A DNA stretch of 24,000 bases from an uncultured Bacteroidales bacterium (lineage in GTDB: Bacteria > Bacteroidota > Bacteroidia > Bacteroidales > Salinivirgaceae), in assembly GCA_937981765.1 (NCBI GenBank), contig CALJOM010000001.1, forward strand, positions 5,778 through 29,777. The letters run 5' to 3'. Below, piece after piece: positions 15,738 through 24,000 of the stretch; the first letter of the stretch is position 1; each line of letters begins with the position of its first letter. The notes under the pieces are model-generated. The model did no database searches and had not been told where the DNA came from. It worked only from the letters and a program-made list of their open reading frames with translations. The position numbers were made by a program, and so were the translations under genes.

Positions 15738-17339
15738 TTATCGAGTCAATTGGATAAAGTGATCCACTTCCGATTGAAACAAATCGTTGTGAGTGGTCAT
15801 CAGAATTGTTATTCCGGGATAGTTTTGCCGAATTTTGTGAAAGATTGAACGAGCACTGCTAAAGCCTATTCCAGCTGTAACTTCATCAACTACCAGCAAT
15901 TGTGGATTTTTTAGCAATGCTTGAGCCAGTAGCATTTTTTTTCTTTCGCCACCGCTAAGTGTTTTGCCATTTTCACCAATCCAACTGTCTAAACCATGTG
16001 GAAGATTTCCATACCAGTGTTGAAGGTCGACTATATGGATTACTTCTAGAATCTTTTGTTCGGAGTATCCTAGAAAATTTTCCCGAACGGTTCCTGTTAG
16101 CAAAAAAGCATTTTGAGTAACGTAAATACATTGAGGCGCTTTGAGCGTATCAGTTTGTTTATTGTTCCATAGAATTTGCCCGGAGTTTCTGTACTCAGGA
16201 AAAAAGAAACTATTGAGCAACGTTGTTTTCCCTGAACCGGTTGCGCCGTAAATTGCCACCCAACTGCCTTGGTTTAATGTAACCGTGATTTGAGGTGTTA
16301 CAAATGCTGTTTCAGGAATTTTTGCGGATATTTGGTCGAAGGTTATGGAAGTTAGAGCCTCTTCCGGTGCTGAGGTTTTTGCAGGTGGGCAAATGTGTAC
16401 CAATAATCGTTGGATGTCGGTGGTATGTTGTTTAACGGCGTTTTTTTCAATTTTGGGGTTAAAAAGCATTTCGGCAAGCTCGGCCTGGGCCAGGACTCCA
16501 AAAAAGATTCCGATTGTCATGGCCGGATTTAATCCGGTAGTGGAAAAGAGTCCAATGACGGTAATTGACAAAAGACTAAAACCAAATCCGCCAATAAGTT
16601 GCAACATCAGGGAATGATTAAAAAGTGATTTTTCTGTTTTGTCGAGTTCTGTCAGCCAGTTGTTGAATTGATTTACTGCCCTGGGGGCGAGATTATATTT
16701 TTCGATTTCTATTCGCCCGTTAAAGGTATCTAGTAGTTCTTTACGTAATTCCTCTTTCAGTTGTTTGTTTTTCTGAAAAATAGGGCGTTTTTTATGAGAA
16801 AAAACTTGCGGCAGAATAAAAAGCAAGATTGCCGAAGATAGAATAAATATCCAGGATACACTGTCGGAAAAGTGGTTCAGGTAGAGCGAGAAGAGCAACA
16901 AAGCTACGACAAGGGCTGCCAATGGCATGATTTTCAGAATCACGTAGTTGAGAATCTGGTCGATTCCGTGAGTGCTGTTTTCCAGGATGGAGGCATTATT
17001 TTGAACTTGTTTACGAAAGTATGGCAGGTGGGCTACAGCTTTGAACATAGAAAGTTGCAGGTGGCGCTGTGCTTCCAGTGTGGTTTGGTGATTGTGTATT
17101 CGCTCAGCATATCGCGATGTGGTTCGCAAGATGGTTAAAAGTCGTATTATCGATGCCGGGATGAGGTAGGAAAAGGTGGTATTGGCAGTTATAAAGGCTA
17201 CGCTGCACATTGCCAGAAACCAGGCTGAAATTGCCGGTAACGAAATAAAGGCTAGGGTCCAGAACAGCAAAATCAAAAACCCGGATAACCATCGTTTGGA
17301 TTGAGGTAAAAAGATATGTTGAAGAAGGAATTTATTCAT
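15738..17339 (-). CDS. cydC: Thiol-reductant ABC exporter subunit CydC
   Basis: The 533-aa ORF has an N-terminal SAWFLA...FSYLIPASIIRLLTILRTTSRYAERIHNHQTTL, which matches the CydC-specific region of E. coli CydC (SGWFL...FNYMLPAAGVRGAAITRTAGRYFERLVSHDATF). NBD motifs are GATGSGKTT, LSGGERKK, LLVVDE and TTHN. Confidence 0.8.
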   Translation of the reverse strand: MNKFLLQHIFLPQSKRWLSGFLILLFWTLAFISLPAISAWFLAMCSVAFITANTTFSYLIPASIIRLLTILRTTSRYAERIHNHQTTLEAQRHLQLSMFKAVAHLPYFRKQVQNNASILENSTHGIDQILNYVILKIMPLAALVVALLLFSLYLNHFSDSVSWIFILSSAILLFILPQVFSHKKRPIFQKNKQLKEELRKELLDTFNGRIEIEKYNLAPRAVNQFNNWLTELDKTEKSLFNHSLMLQLIGGFGFSLLSITVIGLFSTTGLNPAMTIGIFFGVLAQAELAEMLFNPKIEKNAVKQHTTDIQRLLVHICPPAKTSAPEEALTSITFDQISAKIPETAFVTPQITVTLNQGSWVAIYGATGSGKTTLLNSFFFPEYRNSGQILWNNKQTDTLKAPQCIYVTQNAFLLTGTVRENFLGYSEQKILEVIHIVDLQHWYGNLPHGLDSWIGENGKTLSGGERKKMLLAQALLKNPQLLVVDEVTAGIGFSSARSIFHKIRQNYPGITILMTTHNDLFQSEVDHFIQLTR

Positions 17340-19056
17340 GCTCTACTTGTTCTCCCCAGTTTAGTTCAACTACAACGGATGCAAATTTTTCAAACTGTAA
17401 ATCGTGGGAGGCTACAATAACTAATTTTGTTTCGGCTAAAGCAGCTATTTCATTAATAATAATCTGTGTTGTATTGGAATCTAAGTTGGCTGTTGGTTCG
17501 TCTAACACAACTACTGGTTTAGGATGGAGCATAAGTCTTGCCAATGCTATTAGTTGCTTTTCTCCGCCGGATAGTTGTTGTCCGTTATGCGTTAGGGTTG
17601 TTTGCCAACCCTCTGGTTTCTGTTTCAAAATGGCATTCAAAAATTGGGGATAATTTACTTGTGGTTGGTGGATAAGAAAAACATTATAGGCCAACGTATC
17701 ATCGAAAATAAAGGGGGTTTGATTTAAAAACGAGCTGTTTTCTTTTAACCATAGGTTTGATCTTGTAGTATCCAGTCCATTAACCGAAAGCGAACCTTCT
17801 TTTATCGTCACGATTCCCGAAAGGATTTTCAGCAAGGTTGATTTTCCAGAACCGCTGATTCCTTTAATCAGTACCAGTCCGCAATTGGGTAAACGTATGT
17901 TAATGTTGGATAAAACTTTGGCGCTTGATTTTGGGTAGGAAAAGCTCAGGTTTTGTATTTCGATATTGGTGAAATTGACTTTTGGTATCGGTGTTTCTAA
18001 TGTGGGCGCGCTGTTGAGTAACGGAATTAACCATTGCGATGCTGCCAAAGCTCTGTTTTTATCGTGATAGGCTGAAACAAATTTACGTAGATAATAAAAA
18101 GCATAAGGGGTGATTGTCAGGCCGAACAAAGCTGGTTGAAAGTCGTACCCTTGGCCGTAGTTTTTGCCAATCATAATTCCCAACAAATTCATACCAAAAT
18201 AGATAGCCACTCCTGCAATGGCTATGGACACAAACAACTCTAAAACCGCCGAGGATAAAACGGCTACACGCATAACCTTCAGAGATGCTTGATTTAGCTT
18301 CTGGCTTTTATCGCTAAGAAACTGGTATTGTGTGTCCCAACTGTCTAAATTAAGAATTTCGGCTATGGTTTGAAGACGATTGTAAAAAACCGCCGAATAG
18401 CGCACGAAGAGATTTATATGTTGGGCATGAACAGTTTCCGCGCCAATGCCTACAATTATCATTAAAACGGGAATAATTGCAAACGATATCAACAAAATTG
18501 TACCCATCCAAAAATCAATGGCAAAGCCAACAATAATAAGCATCAGTCCTACAAGGATAGAGTTTACTGCATTGGGAATAAACGAAGAGTAGAAAGGCTT
18601 AAGGTCGTCGCACACGTTAGTAACCAGCGTTGACGATTCTACCGAGTCTAGATGGTTGTTATGCAAAAGACTTTGGTAGATTTGGTTTTTTAGTCGGCTT
18701 ATGATGGTTGTTCCGGCTTTAAAGCATAGCGCTGAATACAGGTAAGAAAAAAAATATCGGCCACCAAGAAATAGCGCTGCACACAGAAGCAAATTGTGAT
18801 TTGAAGTTCCCTTGGCAAGCCATTGGGCCGCAAATTCCGATACAACCCATGCAAACCCAAGGTAGAATAAACTACCGAGAAATGCATAACCAATAGCCAA
18901 TGAATAGGTTTTTCTTTCTGAAAACGAATTCAAAAACATCCACTTTGAGGGCTCCTGGGTTATATTCGATGTGTTTTGGCCGTGATTAAGCCATGCTGCA
19001 TATTCCTCCAGAGAGGGATTTTGTTGGAAAATTTTCCGAAAGAAATTTATCACCAT
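17332..19056 (-). CDS. cydD: Thiol-reductant ABC exporter subunit CydD
   Basis: The 574-aa ORF contains MRVAVLSSAVLELFVSIAIAGVAIYFG, which matches the CydD-specific motif AFLSSxxLEFFxSxSIAxVAVYFG. NBD motifs are GISGSGKST, LSGGEKQ and VVVLDEPT. It overlaps the cydC start by 8 nt (ATGAATAA). Confidence 0.8.
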   Translation of the reverse strand: MVINFFRKIFQQNPSLEEYAAWLNHGQNTSNITQEPSKWMFLNSFSERKTYSLAIGYAFLGSLFYLGFAWVVSEFAAQWLAKGTSNHNLLLCAALFLGGRYFFSYLYSALCFKAGTTIISRLKNQIYQSLLHNNHLDSVESSTLVTNVCDDLKPFYSSFIPNAVNSILVGLMLIIVGFAIDFWMGTILLISFAIIPVLMIIVGIGAETVHAQHINLFVRYSAVFYNRLQTIAEILNLDSWDTQYQFLSDKSQKLNQASLKVMRVAVLSSAVLELFVSIAIAGVAIYFGMNLLGIMIGKNYGQGYDFQPALFGLTITPYAFYYLRKFVSAYHDKNRALAASQWLIPLLNSAPTLETPIPKVNFTNIEIQNLSFSYPKSSAKVLSNINIRLPNCGLVLIKGISGSGKSTLLKILSGIVTIKEGSLSVNGLDTTRSNLWLKENSSFLNQTPFIFDDTLAYNVFLIHQPQVNYPQFLNAILKQKPEGWQTTLTHNGQQLSGGEKQLIALARLMLHPKPVVVLDEPTANLDSNTTQIIINEIAALAETKLVIVASHDLQFEKFASVVVELNWGEQVEHE

Positions 19057-19234
19057 TCTTTAAAATTGGGTTGTTACAGAGTAACGTTTCACGGTTAGAT
19101 TGGTTTACCCGGCGTACGATTTTAAGTAAACATTTTCTTCCCTAATTCTAACTGATTATTTGAGGGAATGCATGAAAAAATTGGACTAACGATTCAAGGC
19201 GATTACCTGTAGTTTTTCAGAAAAAATCGCGCTC

Positions 19235-20839
19235 TTAAAACCCGTTAAAGCTGAAAAACATGGGGGGTAACAACAGAAGAAAACCTACAATTACCAGTAA
19301 TAGAATGAATTTCCATCCCCATCGGAACCAAATGTCGTAAGGAATGCGGGCTATCCCCAAACATCCGATAAGAATTCCGCTGGTTGGAGTAATCATGTTG
19401 GTAAATCCATCGCCAAACTGAAATGCCAAGACGGTTAGCTGTCGCGATATTCCAACAAGGTCGGAAAATGGGGCCATAATGGGCATGGTGAGCGCTGCTT
19501 TTGCCGAACCCGATGGTATAATTATATTCAGCCCGGTTTGAATCAGGTATATCATCCCCGTTGTTCCTGTTTTCCCAAATTCCTGCATCGATTGAGAAAG
19601 GGAATACATAATGGTGTCGATAATTTTTCCATCCGTTAGTATTACAATTATTCCCCCGGCAATTCCTACCACAAATGCGGCCGAAAAAATATCCTTAGCC
19701 CCTTCAATAAAGAGTTTGGTAATATCATTGGCCGATTTGTTCATGGCAACTCCTGCTGCTATCCCCATCCCGAAAAACAGTGCTCCAATTTCTGCTACAT
19801 ACCAATGGTATCCCATTACTCCGACAATGAGAAATATTATGGTGAATGCCAAAAGGTTAAGTATGTAAAAATGCACTGATTTCCTTAGCGAAACAATTGA
19901 AAGGATTGTGAATAGAGCTGTAGCTATTGGAATTGCAGGAAATTGAAACGATGTGTTACCGATGGTTAGTTTCGATTGGGGATAGAATATTGAGAAAAGC
20001 ACCAGCACGAGGTTTACCAACAAAAAACTTATCCATGCACTTCGGGGTGTTTCAAAGGCTATGGAGTCCATGTCTATTTTATCGCGTTGCCTCCAGTATT
20101 CATCGGCTTCGTACATCAGGCTCTTTTGTGGATTCTTTTTAATGCGATGCGCATACCATAACACAAAGACTATGGTTATAGCATTTAGAATAATCCAACA
20201 GATAATACGATATTCTAGTCCACTAAAAATGGGCAAATCTGAAAGCCCTTGAGCTATGCCGATGGTGAATGGATTTAGAATTGCGCCTGCAAAACCAACA
20301 TGAGCAGCAACGTAAACCATACTGATGCCTACTATAGAATCGTAGCCCATGGAAATTGCAAGAGGCACTAAGATGATTACGAAAGCAATGGTTTCCTCGC
20401 TCATACCAAAGATAGCCCCAAATGCGCTAAACATGATCATTATTAAGGAAATAACCATGTTGTCGACTCCCAGTTTGTTAATGATTTTGAATCGTTCAAG
20501 TTTGCGCGACCATTGGATAAAAGTCATTATTCCCACGTCCAGGGCTTTGGAGGCGTTCATAATCCAGAAGGCTCCGCCAATAAGCAGAATAAATACTATA
20601 ATAGCCGCCTGGTTGGAAAAACCTTTGGCAATGGCTGTAAAAACCTGCCATGTTTGTGGCCTTGATTCTACCAGCCGGTATGAATCTTGCTCAATTATCG
20701 TTTGCTTAGTTCCATCGGGGAGGTGTTTTTGTACCCGGTTAAATTCTCCGGCCGGAACAAACCACGTTAAGATAGCCGCAAAAACAATAAAACTGAAAAC
20801 AATTACGTAGGTGTGGGGAATCGGGAGTTTGGTTTTCAT
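19235..20839 (-). CDS. yfcC: YfcC-family (DcuC/ArcD-like) integral membrane transporter
   Basis: The 534-aa polytopic membrane ORF has an N-terminal PIPHTYVIVFSFIVFAAILTWFVPAGEF, which is typical of YfcC-family proteins. Confidence 0.7.
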   Translation of the reverse strand: MKTKLPIPHTYVIVFSFIVFAAILTWFVPAGEFNRVQKHLPDGTKQTIIEQDSYRLVESRPQTWQVFTAIAKGFSNQAAIIVFILLIGGAFWIMNASKALDVGIMTFIQWSRKLERFKIINKLGVDNMVISLIMIMFSAFGAIFGMSEETIAFVIILVPLAISMGYDSIVGISMVYVAAHVGFAGAILNPFTIGIAQGLSDLPIFSGLEYRIICWIILNAITIVFVLWYAHRIKKNPQKSLMYEADEYWRQRDKIDMDSIAFETPRSAWISFLLVNLVLVLFSIFYPQSKLTIGNTSFQFPAIPIATALFTILSIVSLRKSVHFYILNLLAFTIIFLIVGVMGYHWYVAEIGALFFGMGIAAGVAMNKSANDITKLFIEGAKDIFSAAFVVGIAGGIIVILTDGKIIDTIMYSLSQSMQEFGKTGTTGMIYLIQTGLNIIIPSGSAKAALTMPIMAPFSDLVGISRQLTVLAFQFGDGFTNMITPTSGILIGCLGIARIPYDIWFRWGWKFILLLVIVGFLLLLPPMFFSFNGF

Positions 20840-20873
20840 TATTGAGAAAAATTATTCTGAAAATGGAAACGGT

Positions 20874-21746
20874 CTATTTCTGGAGGGCTTTTTTCATGGT
20901 TTCTCCAATAGTTGCTGGGGATTCAACAACATGAATTCCGCATTCTCTCATAATTTGCATTTTTGCCTCGGCGGTGTCGGCTTTTCCTCCTATTATAGCA
21001 CCGGCATGCCCCATTCTTCTACCTTTGGGTGCTGTTTGTCCGGCAATAAACCCTACCACGGGTTTTGTTCCATGCTCCTTGATCCACAGAGCGGCCTCTG
21101 TTTCCATGGAGCCGCCAATTTCTCCAATAATAACAATTCCTTCGGTTTCCGGGTCGGCCATAAAGAGCTTGATAGCATCTAGGGTAGAGGTGCCTACAAT
21201 TGGATCGCCCCCTATACCAATACAGGTGGATTGCCCCATTCCGCATTTGGTAATTTGATCAACAGCCTCGTAGGTTAATGTGCCCGAACGCGAAACAATG
21301 CCAATGGTCCCTTTTCGGTGGATAAATCCGGGCATGATTCCCACTTTGGCTTCGCCCGGTGTTATTATTCCTGGACAGTTTGGACCAATCAGGCGTACAT
21401 TACGCTTGGATATGTATTCTTTAACCTTAACCATATCGTTTACAGGAATTCCCTCCGTAATAGCTACAATTAGTTCAATTCCGGCATCGGCGGCTTCCAT
21501 TATGGCATCGGCAGCAAAGGCTGGTGGTACAAAAATTATGCTGACGGTAGCGCCTGTTGCTTTGCGAGCTTCTTCAACCGTGTTGAACACAGGTAAATTC
21601 AGGTGTGTGGACCCTCCTTTGCCGGGGGTTACTCCGCCAACAACTTTGGTGTTGTATTCAATCATCTGTTGGGCATGAAAGGTTCCTTCGCTTCCGGTAA
21701 AACCTTGTACAATAACTTTGGAGTTTTTGTTCAATAAAACGCTCAT
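20874..21746 (-). CDS. sucD: Succinyl-CoA synthetase alpha subunit
   Basis: The 290-aa ORF contains [53 protein letters not shown] and MGHAGAII, which includes the phosphohistidine loop. Confidence 0.96.
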   Translation of the reverse strand: MSVLLNKNSKVIVQGFTGSEGTFHAQQMIEYNTKVVGGVTPGKGGSTHLNLPVFNTVEEARKATGATVSIIFVPPAFAADAIMEAADAGIELIVAITEGIPVNDMVKVKEYISKRNVRLIGPNCPGIITPGEAKVGIMPGFIHRKGTIGIVSRSGTLTYEAVDQITKCGMGQSTCIGIGGDPIVGTSTLDAIKLFMADPETEGIVIIGEIGGSMETEAALWIKEHGTKPVVGFIAGQTAPKGRRMGHAGAIIGGKADTAEAKMQIMRECGIHVVESPATIGETMKKALQK

Positions 21747-21756
21747 AGTTCAATGA

Positions 21757-24000
21757 TTATATTTTGATTCCTATAATTAGCACATCGTCGGTTTGTGAAC
21801 TTTGGCCTTTCCAGGTTGAAAAATCGTTGGCAAGCAAGCGCTGTTGCATTGCTGGTTCAAAGGTAGCATATTTTATTAAATTCTCCTTAAGCTTCGATTT
21901 TTTGAACTTTTTATTGTTCTCGTCGAATTGGTCGGCATAGCCATCGGTATAGAGATAAATCGTATCGTTGGGGGTTAACGTAAGGGTGTGTGTGTCGAAG
22001 GCTACGAATTTGGGATTTTTTTCAGTTCCTGCCGATTTTGGACTTCCTTTAAGTTCGATGATTTCGACCTCCGTTGCTGACTTTTGTCGGACAATAAAGG
22101 CGCCTTGGCGTGCTCCAGCAAATTGCATTTCAAGTGTCTCCCGGTCGAAACCGCAGAGGGCTAAGGACATCCCTTTATCGGGTTGATGGGGTTCTTTTTC
22201 CGTCTGGAACGTGGCTGCAAGGTATTGATCGGCAAAGGCTATTATTTCACCGGGTATTTTGAGGTTTTGGTTTGTGATAGCGGTTTGAAGAGCATTGTAG
22301 GCCTGAATGCTGGTAAGGGCTCCTGGGACTCCATGACCGGTGCAGTCGATGGCGGCGGCATAAATTTTATTGTCTATCTGTGCAGCCCAGTAAAAGTCGC
22401 CGGAAACGATATCTTTAGGCAGGTACAATACAAAGTAGGTTTTCCATAACCTAGCCAATTCGTTCGACGACGGAAGTATGGCGCTCTGAATGGTTTGGGC
22501 GTAATTAAGGCTATCGGTAAGCGCTTGATGCTGTTGTTGTATAATTTTCATCTGTTCTCCCATACTGTCGCGTTGTGCCCGAATTTCTTCCGATTGTTGA
22601 CTAATTTGAAGATTGTAGGTAGCTAATTGTTCGCTGGTTTGTTTTTTATGCTTGTAGGCTTTATGCGTTATATAGGTCGAAAACAGCAATAAAAACACTG
22701 CTATAAGGCTTGTAATCAAAAGGTAGTTTCGGAATCTGAGTTTTTCACGGGTTTCGTAGGCTTCGCTTGTTAGCTGGGCTATCTCTTTTTCCTTTTCCTT
22801 GAGTTGGTAGCGCCGTTCAATTTCTGTAATTTTTTCCTTCAACTCAATGCGGTTAATTGAGTCAAGAAAATTGGAGTATTTGGATGAATATTCGAGTGCC
22901 TTATGGTAATCGCCTTTTTTTTCTAAAGCAGTTTTTAAAAGCAGATAGGTATCAATTCGGGTAACGTTGTTGTGAAATTGCGGAGGGAATTCTTCAACTT
23001 TTTTTGCTAATCGGAGAGCTTCATCAAGGTTGTTTTGTTTTACCAATATATTGGCTTTCGATAGCATTGATGTTATTTGCGTGTGCTGATCGAGCTGATT
23101 TTGCGATAGCCGAATGGCTGAATCTGCAAAGAGTAATGCTTTATCGTATTGTTTTAATTTATGGTAGATACTTATCATTGAGTTCAGTGTATAAACTTTT
23201 TCCCGTGTGGCTTTACTTTTGGTAAACAGGTGATTAGCTTTTGTCAAGTATTCCAAGGCTTTGGGATAATCTTCCTTTAGAACCAGAACATTCGAAATAT
23301 TGTAGTAACACTGGGCAATTCGAATACTGTCGGATACAATAGCGTAGTTATCGAGCGCTTTTTTGTAATACTCAAGACTCCGGTCGAGGTCGCCTATGTC
23401 GTTTAGGAAGCTGCCAATTAGTGTTTGAACCCGTCCCAGATTACTATAGTCCTTTAGTCCTTCGTACATGGTTACCGATTCTATCATCTTTTCAATGGCC
23501 TCTTTGGCTCTGCCGAGGTGTTTTAAAACCATGCCTACATTCGATAGGCGAATGGCAATTTCGTCGGGAGAGTTTTTTTCTACTGCCAGTTGGTAGGCCC
23601 TTTCGTAATATTCCAGAGCCTTGTCGTAGTATTTAGTATAGAAATAAATGTTCCCAATGTTGTTGATGGTCGAAGAATTATTATCCGGGTCGTATTCCTC
23701 TTTTAGCTGCAGGGCACGCAGGTAATATTCCAGCGCTTTATCGTAGAGAGAGAGTTTTTCGTAATAATGGCCAATGTTGTGGAGTGTTTTGGCTTCGCTA
23801 ACCCGGTTTCGATTTTTTTGCGCTTGATTGGCCGACTTTTCCAAATATTCAATGGCTTTATCCGATTCTCCTAAGATTCCGTAGCAAAGCCCAAGGTTGT
23901 TATAAACGGCCTCAACACCTTCAAAATCCTTCACTTTTTGATAGATAGCAAGGGCTTGTTCGTAGTTTTGAATTGCGTCGTGAGTTTGGCCTTTTCTCAG
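21757..24000 (-). CDS. TPR-repeat, single-TM, PP2C/SpoIIE-type serine phosphatase (N-terminus beyond window end)
   Basis: The ORF track starts at a GTG at 23934, but the frame stays open to base 24000 (LRKGQTHDAIQNYEQALAIYQKVKDFEG...). It has many TPR units, a coiled-coil, a TM helix (YLLITSLIAVFLLLFSTYI) and a C-terminal SGDFYW...AAIDCTGHGVPGAL...YTDGYADQ PP2C domain. Confidence 0.88.
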   Translation of the reverse strand: MRKGQTHDAIQNYEQALAIYQKVKDFEGVEAVYNNLGLCYGILGESDKAIEYLEKSANQAQKNRNRVSEAKTLHNIGHYYEKLSLYDKALEYYLRALQLKEEYDPDNNSSTINNIGNIYFYTKYYDKALEYYERAYQLAVEKNSPDEIAIRLSNVGMVLKHLGRAKEAIEKMIESVTMYEGLKDYSNLGRVQTLIGSFLNDIGDLDRSLEYYKKALDNYAIVSDSIRIAQCYYNISNVLVLKEDYPKALEYLTKANHLFTKSKATREKVYTLNSMISIYHKLKQYDKALLFADSAIRLSQNQLDQHTQITSMLSKANILVKQNNLDEALRLAKKVEEFPPQFHNNVTRIDTYLLLKTALEKKGDYHKALEYSSKYSNFLDSINRIELKEKITEIERRYQLKEKEKEIAQLTSEAYETREKLRFRNYLLITSLIAVFLLLFSTYITHKAYKHKKQTSEQLATYNLQISQQSEEIRAQRDSMGEQMKIIQQQHQALTDSLNYAQTIQSAILPSSNELARLWKTYFVLYLPKDIVSGDFYWAAQIDNKIYAAAIDCTGHGVPGALTSIQAYNALQTAITNQNLKIPGEIIAFADQYLAATFQTEKEPHQPDKGMSLALCGFDRETLEMQFAGARQGAFIVRQKSATEVEIIELKGSPKSAGTEKNPKFVAFDTHTLTLTPNDTIYLYTDGYADQFDENNKKFKKSKLKENLIKYATFEPAMQQRLLANDFSTWKGQSSQTDDVLIIGIKI

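Noticed and set aside
20349-21678. Plus-strand ORFs of 94-153 aa opposite yfcC and sucD (20349-20810, 20811-21182, 20974-21258, 21280-21678).
   Set aside because: They are antisense to genes with unambiguous identity. Their sequences are P/S/I-rich with no motifs. ORF 20811-21182 only clips the 34-nt intergenic gap.
23932-23934. GTG at 23934 as the start of the TPR/PP2C gene, as shown in the ORF track.
   Set aside because: The frame continues without stops to base 24000 and encodes further TPR-like sequence. The gene is therefore truncated by the window rather than starting here.

Overview
This window looks like a core, mostly housekeeping chromosomal segment from a Bacteroidota-type genome. 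The evidence for that assignment is the RpoB and EF-Tu sequences, TTTG/TAnnTTTG-type promoter motifs, and the near absence of Shine-Dalgarno sequences.

On the minus strand, in transcription order, the classical translation/transcription locus runs rpsU, a Xer-like tyrosine recombinase and hpf. These are followed by tRNA-Thr(TGT), Tyr(GTA), Gly(TCC), Thr(GGT), tuf, tRNA-Trp(CCA), secE, nusG, rplK, rplA, rplJ, rplL and rpoB, which is cut at the window start.

Further along, still on the minus strand, are phoH, purC and an orphan lipoprotein. The right-hand third holds a TPR/PP2C (SpoIIE-type) phosphatase cut at the window end, then sucD, a YfcC-family transporter and cydDC.

The only plus-strand block is 12993-15711. 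It is a string of five ORFs with gaps of -4, -4, 0 and 0 nt: a DUF62-type SAM hydrolase-like protein, a 98-aa unknown, MazG, an ATP-cone ORF and an Mrr-like PD-(D/E)xK nuclease ORF. The last two are in the same frame and are separated by a single TAA.

I saw no CRISPR array, transposon, prophage or recognisable defence system. The plus-strand block is my best candidate for something undescribed, but that is a hypothesis and not a demonstrated system. A second notable point is a perfect AAGGAGG Shine-Dalgarno sequence in front of hpf only.
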